Notes under the pieces: model-generated | Told to the model about the DNA's origin: nothing | Database searches by the model: none | The model's input: the letters and a program-made list of their open reading frames with translations, nothing else | Part shown: piece by piece, positions 45,435 through 54,551 of the stretch | How the letters are laid out: every line of letters starts with the position of its first letter | Numbering within the stretch: the stretch's first letter is position 1 | NCBI RefSeq assembly: GCF_000143415.4 | Contig: NW_003314363.1 | Location: 310,001 to 374,000, forward strand | Source of the DNA: Selaginella moellendorffii | Lineage: Eukaryota; Plantae; Lycopodiophyta | Direction of reading: 5' to 3' | Length of the DNA stretch: 64,000 bases | Program-made: the position numbers and the translations under genes

Positions 45435-46436
45435 TTACATTGTCGCTATTGATGGGGCTGCGTTGTTGATTTTAATCCAAGCTGGCCTCAAATTTCCACT
45501 CGCAGTCGTCATTGTCAGGAGCACTCGCCTGGCTGTGTCCTCAGCCTTCTCTTGGAAATATGGCATCTTCAAGGCGTCTTGCGCCGAGATCCTCCTCGCC
45601 GGATCAATCGCTAGCATCCTCTTGAGCAGCTCCACCGCATCGGGGTCTTTAATTCCGCTCCTCGCGTCCTCGGCTTTCCACCGCGCCATCTTCTCCAAGA
45701 TCCTCTTGCGTGCTCGCTCTCGGCGCCTGTCTTGATAGCCCATGCCACAGCCATCGATGTCCAGCTTCTTGGCGAAATCAGCCACAAAGTAGTCGAGCGA
45801 GTCCCAGTCCTCCTCGTCGGTCACGTCAAAGGGATTGCTACCCAGGAGCATCTCCGCGAATATACACCCGGCGCCCCACACGTCGATTGCGGTGCCAAAG
45901 CTGGTGGCACCCTTGAGAAGCTCCGGAGCGTTGAACGTTAGGGTGCCGACCTTGTTCGACCAGGGGCGTGTCCGCAGCCTCCTCGCGGCAGCGAAGTCCG
46001 CCAGCTTCACCACAAGCTTATTCTTCTCTCCATCCCTTTTGACGAGAACGTTGCTCGTCTTGACGTCTTGGTGAACGATTCTGTGCGCGTGAATCCACGC
46101 CAGGCCCTCGAGGATCTGGCGCATCACGGCCCTGATGTCGTGCTCCCCAAGCTTGCGTGACAAGATCACATCGCTCAAACTCCCGTCCATGAGCTCCATC
46201 ACCATGAATGTCCCCTGGTTGTTGCAGGTCAACCCAAGAAGATTGACAACGTTGTCGTGCGCTACCTCTTCCAGGATCTCCGACTCGTTGATGATGGCAT
46301 CGTAAAGGTACTCGTGCTCGTACATCTTCTTCATGGCTACTTTGTCTCCAGTCTCTCGGTGGAACCCAACCCTCACCTCTCCGTCGCCTCCAGCGCCTAG
46401 CAACCTCGCGTCACTCGCCCACACATAGTCTGCCAT
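45435..46436 (-). CDS. Atypical CDK-like Ser/Thr protein kinase, copy 1, single exon
   Basis: LGAGGDG, VAMK, HQDVKTSN, ADFA, GT..FNAPE, IDVWGAGCIFAEML and RRISA.DAL.MPYF. Confidence 0.9.
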   Translation of the reverse strand: MADYVWASDARLLGAGGDGEVRVGFHRETGDKVAMKKMYEHEYLYDAIINESEILEEVAHDNVVNLLGLTCNNQGTFMVMELMDGSLSDVILSRKLGEHDIRAVMRQILEGLAWIHAHRIVHQDVKTSNVLVKRDGEKNKLVVKLADFAAARRLRTRPWSNKVGTLTFNAPELLKGATSFGTAIDVWGAGCIFAEMLLGSNPFDVTDEEDWDSLDYFVADFAKKLDIDGCGMGYQDRRRERARKRILEKMARWKAEDARSGIKDPDAVELLKRMLAIDPARRISAQDALKMPYFQEKAEDTARRVLLTMTTASGNLRPAWIKINNAAPSIATM

Positions 46437-47189
46437 CGCTCGAAAAAATGAATGGTTAGGAAAACCTAAAGGATTTGTTTTGCAGAAAAAGGCACCTAGC
46501 TTCAAGAAAAAGATGAGAAAAGGGAGTTTATTTTAATTACAAATGTAAAAAGAAAGGAAAAAAACTCTTTAAATCTTGCTGCGGGCAGCATATTCTCCTT
46601 GAGCTTCCTTGATCATGTCCAGCCCTACGTTGGGTGCGGTTGCAGAGGACCTGTCTGGGATCGTCAAGAGAGCACCATAACTACACACACACACACAAAA
46701 AAGTAAAGAAAAAAAGGATCAGAAAGCATATAAAAAGAAAATGTGCCAAGCTTTTTTGTTTCGGTTTTGGCTATTGAGGGCCGAGATGTAAAACGCCAAC
46801 GTTTATCTCAAAGAACCATGAGATCGCCCGGGTGCAAAAGGTTGAGGCGTGGTACTCCTGCAAAATCACAGCATATCTCTCACTTACACACACACACACA
46901 CACAAAGGAGAGATTTTAAGCTTGGTGATAAAAAGTGGTAGAAAAAAATGACCAAACAACTTAAAAGGTGCAAAGAGAAGAAAATGGCCAAAAGGTTTTT
47001 AGAATCTGACCATTTTTTTCTCTCATACTTTTACCCATCTTACCTTTTTCTATAATATAAAAAAGGTGGTGACAGAGATTTTTAAAAAAACATTGGAGTT
47101 CTTGATGAGTGTGAGAGTATTGAAGCTAAAAAAAGGTGGTGAAAATCGTGCAATGAGAAAAAAATCTGACTGGGGTAAAACTAATGTGG

Positions 47190-47485
47190 ATTAAAAAAAG
47201 CTGGGTGTTTGGTTTTTTAGGGCTCTTGACGATGACGTGAGAGAGAGCGAGAGAACGGGCGATCGACGATCGGCGCGGCGGCTGCGCGCGCGCGAGGAGA
47301 ATCCATCCATGTCATCAGAGCAGCAGCAGCAGCGGCTGGAGCGGGAGCGGCGACAAGGCAAGTAAGAAGAAGATGAGCAGCGGTGGCGCCATGGCGGCGG
47401 AAATGGGGATCCCCAGCGGCGCCCTGGAGCGCATCTTCGTCCGCCTGGACCGCGACGACGTAGCGCGCTCGTGCGCGGTGTGCCG
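47190..47485 (+). pseudogene. Truncated 5' copy of the F-box gene, joined to the PPR fragment
   Basis: Matches 50718-51058 but has a frame-shifting deletion after the first ATG (47309). The frame from ATG 47373 runs into the PPR sequence out of frame. Confidence 0.85.
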
Positions 47486-47502
47486 TGAAGATCTTCAGGG
47501 AG

Positions 47503-48658
47503 ATGACCGGCGCCGCTGGCTTGAAGCCCGACGCCGTGACTTTCATCGCCGTGTTGGAGGCCTGCGCGAGCCTGGGCCGCCTCTTGGAAGTCAAGGCCCT
47601 CCACGCGCAGATATCCGAGAGCGAGCTGGAATCCAACGTGGTGGTGACGAACACGCTGATCAACATGTACGCGCGCTGCGGGAGCCTGGAGGAGGCCGAG
47701 CGGCTGTTCGCGGCGGCCAAGGAGAAGACGGTGGTGTCCTGGACGGCGATGGTGGCGGCCTTCTCCCAGTATGGCCGCTACGCGGAGGCGCTGGACCTCT
47801 TCCAGGAGATGGACCTCGAGGGAGTGAAGCCGGACGACGTGACTTACACGAGCATCCTGTTTGTGTGCACGCACGGCGGCAGCCTGGAGCAGGGGTGGCG
47901 CTACTTCACGGACATGGCGGAGCTCCACGGCCTGGCTCCAACGGCGGACCACTTCGCGGCGATGGTGGACCTGCTGGGACGATCCGGGCGGCTCTTCGAC
48001 GCAAAGGAGCTGCTGGAGAGCATGCCGTTTGAGCCGGACCCGGTGGCGTGGATGACGTTCCTGACGGCGTGCCGGATCCACGGGAAGCTGGAGCTGGGCG
48101 AAGCCGCGGCAGAGAGAGTCTACGAGCTGGATCCGTCGAGCACTGCTTCTTACATCGCCATGTCCAACATCTACGCGGCTCACGGGATGTGGGAAAAGGT
48201 GGCGAGCGTGAGGAAGAAGATGGAGGAGAGGGGGCTCAAGAAGCTGCCGGGGCTGAGCTTCATCGAGGTGGACGGGAAGCTCCACGAGTTTAGCTCCGGC
48301 GGGAAGTACCATCCCAGGACCGACGAGATCTGCGAGGAGCTCACGCGGCTCCACGGGCTGATGCGCGCGGCGGGCTACGTCCCGGACACCAAGGCGGTGC
48401 TTCACGACGTGAGCGAGGGGGAGAAGGAGACGATGCTGTTGTATCACAGCGAGAAGATGGCCATCGCGTTTGGGCTGGTGAGCTCGCGGGGGAGCGGCGA
48501 GCCCATCCGGGTGGTGAAGAACTTGCGGGTGTGCTCCGACTGCCACACCGCCACCAAGTTTATCGCCAGGATCGCTGGTCGGGATATCATCGTGCGGGAT
48601 TGCAATCGATTCCACCTGTTTAGCAGCGATGGGAAGTGCTCGTGTGGGGATTACTGGT

Positions 48659-48660
<2 letters not shown>
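47503..48660 (+). CDS. N-terminally truncated PPR-E1-E2-DYW ORF (385 aa from the first in-frame ATG); functional status uncertain
   Basis: Intact frame with 4 aa differences from the parent; HSEK, CSDCH and DYW retained; no transit peptide. Confidence 0.55.

Positions 48661-48692
<32 letters not shown>
48658..48692 (+). repeat. (AG)n microsatellite right after the DYW stop, longer than in copy 1 (45122-45135)
   Basis: Visible directly in the sequence. Confidence 0.9.
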
Positions 48693-48983
48693 TTCCAGCA
48701 GCAGCGGCGCCGCCCGCCCCGCCGCCATGGTTTGGAAGATATAGTACTTAATGTTGGTCGTGCTCGTGTTGTGAATCTCCCGTGGTGGCGATCGTTACCA
48801 CCACCACCACCACAGTAACACAAGTGGTTCATCGTTTACAGAGGATTTTCTCTTTTTTCTTGGGAATACAAAAACTTTAAATGAATTTAGCATGATTGAG
48901 CTTTTATATGATTTACTTAGAGAAAGATAAAATGTTTTGCAAAAACTTTGAATGTATACACTCACAGTCTCCACAAACATTGT

Positions 48984-49985
48984 TTACATTGTCGCTATTG
49001 ATGGGGCTGCGTTGTTGATCTTAATCCAAGCTGGCCTCAAATTTCCACTCGCAGTCATCATTGTCGGGAGCACTCGCCTGGCTGTGTCCTCAGCCTTCTC
49101 TTGGAAATATGGCATCTTCAAGGCGTCTTGCGCCGAGATCCTCCTCGCTGGATCAATCGCCAGCATCCTCTTGAGCAGCTCCACCGCATCGGGGTCTTTA
49201 ATTCTGCTTCTCACGTCCTCGGCTTTCCACCGCGCCATCTTCTCCAAGATCCTCTCGCGTGCTCGCTCTCGGCACCAGTCTTGATAGCCCATGCCACAGC
49301 CATCGATGCCCAGCTTCTTGGCGAAATCAGCCACAAAACAGTCGAACGAGTCCCAGTCCTCCTCGTCGGTCACGTCAAAGGGATTGCTACCCAGGAGCAT
49401 CTCCGCGAATATACACCCGGCGCCCCACACGTCGATTGCGGTGCCAAAGCTGGTGGCACCCTTGAGAAGCTCCGGAGCGTTGAACGTTAGGGTGCCGACC
49501 TTGTTCGACCAGGGGCGTGTCCGCAGCCTCCTCGCGGCAGCGAAGTCCGCCAGCTTCACCACAAACTTATTCTTCTCTCCATCCCTTTTGACGAGAACGT
49601 TGCTCGTCTTGACGTCTTGGTGAACGACTCTGTGCGCGTGAATCCACGCCAGGCCCTCGAGGATCTGGCGCATCACGGCCCTGATGTCGTGCTCCCCAAG
49701 CTTGCGTGACGAGATCACATCGCCCAAACTCCCGTCCATGAGCTCCATCACCATGAACGTCCCCTGGTTGTTGCAGGTCAACCCAAGGAGATTGACGACG
49801 TTGTCGTGCGCTACCTCTTCCAGGATCTCCGACTCGTTGATGATGGCATCGTAAAGGTACTCGTGCTCGTACATCTTCTTCATGGCTACTTTGTCTCCAG
49901 TCTCTCGGTGGAACCCAACCCTCACCTCTCCGTCGCCTCCAGCGCCTAGCAACCTCGCGTCACTCGCCCACACATAGTCTGCCAT
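48984..49985 (-). CDS. Atypical CDK-like kinase, copy 2
   Basis: Intact ORF with 14 aa differences from copy 1. Confidence 0.85.
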   Translation of the reverse strand: MADYVWASDARLLGAGGDGEVRVGFHRETGDKVAMKKMYEHEYLYDAIINESEILEEVAHDNVVNLLGLTCNNQGTFMVMELMDGSLGDVISSRKLGEHDIRAVMRQILEGLAWIHAHRVVHQDVKTSNVLVKRDGEKNKFVVKLADFAAARRLRTRPWSNKVGTLTFNAPELLKGATSFGTAIDVWGAGCIFAEMLLGSNPFDVTDEEDWDSFDCFVADFAKKLGIDGCGMGYQDWCRERARERILEKMARWKAEDVRSRIKDPDAVELLKRMLAIDPARRISAQDALKMPYFQEKAEDTARRVLPTMMTASGNLRPAWIKINNAAPSIATM

Positions 49986-50852
49986 CGCTCGAAAAAATGA
50001 GTAGTTAGGAAAACCTAAAGGATTTGTTTTGCAGAAAAAGGCACCTAGCTTCAAGAAAAAGATGGAGAAAAGGGCATTTATTTTAATTACAAATGTAAAA
50101 ATAAAGGAAAAAAACTCTTTAAATCTTGCCTCCTTGAGCTTCCTTGATCATGTCCAGCCCTACGTTGGGTGCGGTTGCAGAGGACCTGTCTGGGATCGTC
50201 AAGAGAGCACCACCACTACACACACACACAAAAGAAAAGAAAAAGGATCAGAAAGCATAGAAAAAAAAACGTACCAAGCTTTTTTGTTTACCAGAATTCT
50301 TGGGTTTTGGCTATTGAGAGCCGAGATCAAAGAACCGTGAGATCGCCCGGGTGCAAAAGGTTGATGTGTGGTACTCCTGGAAAATCACAGCATATCCCTC
50401 ACTCACTCACACACACACACACACACACACGGAGAGATTTTAAGCTTGGTGATAAAAAGTGGTAGAAAAAAATGGCCAAACAGCTTAAAAGGTGCAAAGA
50501 GAAGAAAATGGCCAAAAGGTTTTTAGAATTTGATCACATCTTTTGTATACTTTTGTATACCATCTTACCTTTTTCTTTAATATAAAAAAGGTGGTGACAG
50601 AGATTAAAAAAAAAACATTGGAGTTCTTGATGAGTGAGAGAGAGAGGTGTGTGTGAAGCTAAAAAAAGGTGGTGAAAATCGTGCAATGAGAAAAAAAATC
50701 TGACTGGGGTAAAATTAATGTGGATTAAAAAACGCTGGGTGTTTGGAGAGGGAGGGTTTTTTAGGGTTCTTGACGATGACGTGAGAGAGAGCGAGCGAAC
50801 GGGCGATCGGCGATCGGCGCGGCGGCTGCGCGCGCGCGAGGCGAATCCATCC

Positions 50853-52355
50853 ATGTCATCAGGGGCGGAATCCAGCGAGCAGCATCACCTCAGCAGCAGC
50901 AGCAGCGGCGGGAGCGGGAGCGGCGACAAGGCAAGTAAGAAGAAGATGAGCAGCGGTGGCGCCATGGCGGCGGAAATGGGGATCCCCAGCGGCGCCCTGG
51001 AGCGCATCCTCGTCCGCCTGGACCGCGACGACGTAGCGCGCTCGTGCGCGGTGTGCCGCCGCTGGAACCGCGTCATCTGCTCGGAGGCGTTCCAGCGGGT
51101 CTACCGCAAGCAGCACGGCAAGCAGCCCATGACGTGGGAGTGGCTGGCGTCGATCAAGTCCGCCCAGCGCAAGAAAACTCCCGGAGGAGACGAAGAGCAT
51201 GTTAATGCGGAGGAAGAAGATCATTGCCAGCAGCAGCAGCAGCAGCCTCAAGACGATCGAAACGAGGTGGTGGTGGTGGCGGAAGAGGCGGACAAGGAGG
51301 AGGACGAGCGGCGGCGCTTCCAGCTGGTGGCGTGGAACCTCCAGTTGCGGCGGAGCTTCACGCTGCTGGACATCGCGTGCTGCCCGGCGGCGCCCCGCAG
51401 CCACCCGGACCTCTGCTGGCTCGAGTTCGCGGCTACCTCCGGCGGCGGTGCTGGTGGTAGCGAGCTCCTTGCCTGGGCCTGCCGCCACACCCCGACCTCC
51501 ATCCGGGTGGCCGCCGACCCCCTCCACCCGAGCTCCGTCCGGATCATCCCCGCCCCGCCAGCTTTCCCGGACCCCGTCGTCTACGAGTTTCGCCTCGGCC
51601 TCGCCCGCGACAACCACCATCTTGTTCCAGGCCAACCAAGCTCGCAGCATGCCCGGCTTCTTCCCAGCTCGCTAAGCTCGGAGAGTCGTGGAGGAGGAGG
51701 ATTCAAGCTGGCGCTTCTCCGGCTCGGCTTCCCCCATGCCGACTCTGCCACCGCTCACGCCTGGGCCGTGGCCAACGTCTACCACTCCGCCACCCGCCAG
51801 TGGAGCTCCTTCAAAATCAAGCTCGACGGCGATCTCAAGCGCTGGGGCGCCTCGGTGGTGTGCAAAGGCCACCTCTACGTGCTCCTCCGCCCGCCCGGCC
51901 GGCACGGCCCCGGCGTCGGGCTCATCAGCCTCAACATGTCCGCCGCCGTGGATCCCTTCGGCTACCACGACGTCGTCCTCCCCGGCTTTGCTTACGAGTG
52001 GCACGACGTGATGGACCTGGTGGACCGCTCCGGCACGCTGCTGCTCGTCGTCTTTAGCTTTGCGAAGTCTTCCCTGTCCATCTTCCAGGCCGAGGACGCC
52101 GCCCCAAGTCGGATGTCCAGGACCGCCACATCGCGCTGGCTGCCGCTCAGCACCATGCCGGGTGGCGCGTGCGCGCAGTTTTGCAAGGAGCTGGAGACGC
52201 AGTGGAGCTACCGGTGCCGCGGCTCGAGCGAGTGCATCTTCTTCGCCAACACCCGCGGGGGCCCGGGATTCGTGTTCTGGATCACGCGCAAGTCGTGGCA
52301 CAGGATGCACTTCCCGGACGTCGACAGCCGGTACCTCTTTGCTCTTTCGGTCTAA
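50853..52355 (+). CDS. F-box protein, single exon
   Basis: IPSGALERILVRLDRDDVARSCAVCRRWNRVI (F-box), followed by a beta-rich C-terminal region (VYHSATRQW, VVCKGHLY). Confidence 0.85.
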   Translation: MSSGAESSEQHHLSSSSSGGSGSGDKASKKKMSSGGAMAAEMGIPSGALERILVRLDRDDVARSCAVCRRWNRVICSEAFQRVYRKQHGKQPMTWEWLASIKSAQRKKTPGGDEEHVNAEEEDHCQQQQQQPQDDRNEVVVVAEEADKEEDERRRFQLVAWNLQLRRSFTLLDIACCPAAPRSHPDLCWLEFAATSGGGAGGSELLAWACRHTPTSIRVAADPLHPSSVRIIPAPPAFPDPVVYEFRLGLARDNHHLVPGQPSSQHARLLPSSLSSESRGGGGFKLALLRLGFPHADSATAHAWAVANVYHSATRQWSSFKIKLDGDLKRWGASVVCKGHLYVLLRPPGRHGPGVGLISLNMSAAVDPFGYHDVVLPGFAYEWHDVMDLVDRSGTLLLVVFSFAKSSLSIFQAEDAAPSRMSRTATSRWLPLSTMPGGACAQFCKELETQWSYRCRGSSECIFFANTRGGPGFVFWITRKSWHRMHFPDVDSRYLFALSV

Positions 52356-52763
52356 CGATTCGTCGTGGTTTTTTTTCCTTGGTTCTCTTTTGTTTCGGTC
52401 GTCTCGTTTTCCGGTTCTGCTTTCGTACCTTCCCAGTTTATATGGTTCTTGTGAATACTGTTCTCTTTTTTGTTGGTCTAGCTCCTCAAAGTGGTGACCT
52501 CGAAAAGTTGTTTACATCTTTTCTCCCCCGATTTTTGAGAGCTATGAACTGTAAGCAGCAGCAGGAACTTAGTTTTTACTCTTGCGAAAAGAAGGAAGAG
52601 AGGCACCTGCTAAGAATGCTAGCCAGCTTGAGCAGAATCCTCCTGTGATTCACAAAGCCGGGTTAATGCACAAAACGCTTCAACTAAATGAGAGAGTTAT
52701 ACCTGACTTGCCTCGATTGTGGAAAGAAAAATCCGCCTCACTGCTCGTACTGCTCGCGTGGTT

Positions 52764-54551
52764 TCACGTTCGTTGCGACGTGATTGCTCTTCCCTGAGCG
52801 TTAACGCTTCTCCCCCTCGCCGAAGTCCTCGTCTTGGACGGGAGTTTCTTGAGCATCTCCTCCTGGGTGATCTTCATGTAGAAACCAGTCGTCATCCCGT
52901 GCTGCTTCACTACGTTCGAGAGGCAGTCGTGCTGGAGCTCATCCTTGTGCTTGTCTTTGAGCTGGATCTTCCCGTCTTTAAGGCTGAGGAACAAGGAAAC
53001 TCTCTCCTTCTCCTTCTCGGACTTTGACGGAGCAATAGCAGTAGAAGCAGCCTGCTCTTGACATGCGATCGTCTCTTCCAAGCTACAGTTCCATGCCTGC
53101 CTGATAAGCTGTGCCTCCTCGCTCAAAGACGTCAGGAGCTCCTGGAGAAGGTCCTTGTTTCGATCTTCAAACAGAGCGCGGTATGGACTGAGAGACTTCG
53201 CCGAGTGCTTCACCTCCTCCCGGATGGTCTTCTGAGTTTCAGCAATGCTGCTAGCCGCGGGTCGCTCTTCTGCCAACGACTCCGGAGGAGGTTCTTCTCC
53301 TTCTTTCGAATCCTGCTCGTCACTCGAGGCTGAGTACTCCGACTGGCTGCAGCACGCTGCTTGATCCAATGAAGACATCCGACGTAGGAGTTCTCTGAAG
53401 AGGAGATACTTTGTAACTTCGGCTGTCAGATCGGAGGATGGGCTCCGCGTTCTCCTTCTCCTTCTTGGGAGAGTCCCAGCGAGATCTAACGTACTGGAAC
53501 TGGATACGTTCGTGGGATCGTCTTGATTGTGCTGGGAGCTCCACGTCGATGTCTCGAGAACAACACTTCCACTGCTACTGGCGCATGCACTTTCTTCCAC
53601 CACCAACGGAGCTTTTGAGAGATCCACCGGATCCGTGGTACTGCTACCACCTTGTACTCCGACGTCAACGTAGATAGCACTAGCGTTGTCAAACTCTGTG
53701 CTGTCTTCCTGGAGCTTAGAATCCACACCGGTGCTGACAAAAACAAAATCGTCGTGTTGGAGTTGTGACTTTGAATCGCTGCTGCTGTGATCGGCAGCCA
53801 CCATGAGGAGCCCGCAAGAGCAATCCGTGAGCACGTCATGGTCCTGGAAGAACTTGGAAGATTGAGCCACGGGTTGCTCGCGAATTTCCGCGGCATGGTC
53901 AGAGATTTGGTTGTTCCGCCTGAAAGGCAACTGCAAGCTCTTGCTGATCTTCCACCTCCTCCACACCTGGACGCATTCGGCTGGAAGTAGCTTCGTCTTG
54001 AAATCCACAGTAGAAATCCCAGCCTTGAAAGAGATGAAGCTGTAAGCCAGTGGAAGCTTTTTTCTTCCCTCAGAAGCCATCACTGCATCGTCTCCTCCTC
54101 CTCCTCCTCCTCCTGGGAAGTGCTGACGACCGCAAGTGGAAGGATGGTGGCGTCCCAGGAAATTCTTCGCAACGAGCTTGTCTTTGATCCTGGCAGGATT
54201 GCCGCAGTGCTTCTCCCACTGCCTCTGGATCCACTTCGTGTGCCTGTTGTCGATGAGCTTCTTCTTGAGAAGGCTCTTGCAATCGCAGAGGCTAATCTTC
54301 CTCTGCGATCGAATGCTGTGGCTCTTTCTGACGGTCTCCTCCTGCTGCTTGCCTCCACCGTCCTTGGCACCTTTCTTGCTGCTAGCACCCCAATCGCAGC
54401 ACAGATCGTCCGTGTCCAGCGCCACGTCGAACGACACCTTCTTCACGGCACCATCGTCGGCGAGGATCTGGTGGTAATCGATGAAGCTGTGCTGCTCATC
54501 GCTTGCCGCGGAGAAGAAGCAATCCAGTTCTTGCGCCGTCACAGGCCACAT
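52764..54551 (-). CDS. Hypothetical Ser/acidic-rich protein (~595 aa) of unknown function
   Basis: Uninterrupted 1.8 kb ORF with protein-like composition. No domain recognised; both ends uncertain. Confidence 0.6.
   Translation of the reverse strand: MWPVTAQELDCFFSAASDEQHSFIDYHQILADDGAVKKVSFDVALDTDDLCCDWGASSKKGAKDGGGKQQEETVRKSHSIRSQRKISLCDCKSLLKKKLIDNRHTKWIQRQWEKHCGNPARIKDKLVAKNFLGRHHPSTCGRQHFPGGGGGGGDDAVMASEGRKKLPLAYSFISFKAGISTVDFKTKLLPAECVQVWRRWKISKSLQLPFRRNNQISDHAAEIREQPVAQSSKFFQDHDVLTDCSCGLLMVAADHSSSDSKSQLQHDDFVFVSTGVDSKLQEDSTEFDNASAIYVDVGVQGGSSTTDPVDLSKAPLVVEESACASSSGSVVLETSTWSSQHNQDDPTNVSSSSTLDLAGTLPRRRRRTRSPSSDLTAEVTKYLLFRELLRRMSSLDQAACCSQSEYSASSDEQDSKEGEEPPPESLAEERPAASSIAETQKTIREEVKHSAKSLSPYRALFEDRNKDLLQELLTSLSEEAQLIRQAWNCSLEETIACQEQAASTAIAPSKSEKEKERVSLFLSLKDGKIQLKDKHKDELQHDCLSNVVKQHGMTTGFYMKITQEEMLKKLPSKTRTSARGRSVNAQGRAITSQRT

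Larger units (their letters stand above)
43949..51058 (+). repeat. Tandem segmental duplication: unit 1 ~43949-47485, unit 2 ~47486-51058
   Basis: PPR 3' half, kinase, intergenic microsatellites and the F-box 5' end are all repeated in the same order at high identity. Confidence 0.95.

Noticed and set aside
47373-48032. Possible in-frame F-box-PPR fusion protein
   Set aside because: The junction is out of frame, so the F-box start reads an alternative PPR frame, and the F-box motif is cut short.
43539-48615. Long alternative-frame and antisense ORFs over the PPR genes (318, 384 and 474 aa)
   Set aside because: Expected shadows of GC3-rich coding sequence; no independent signals.
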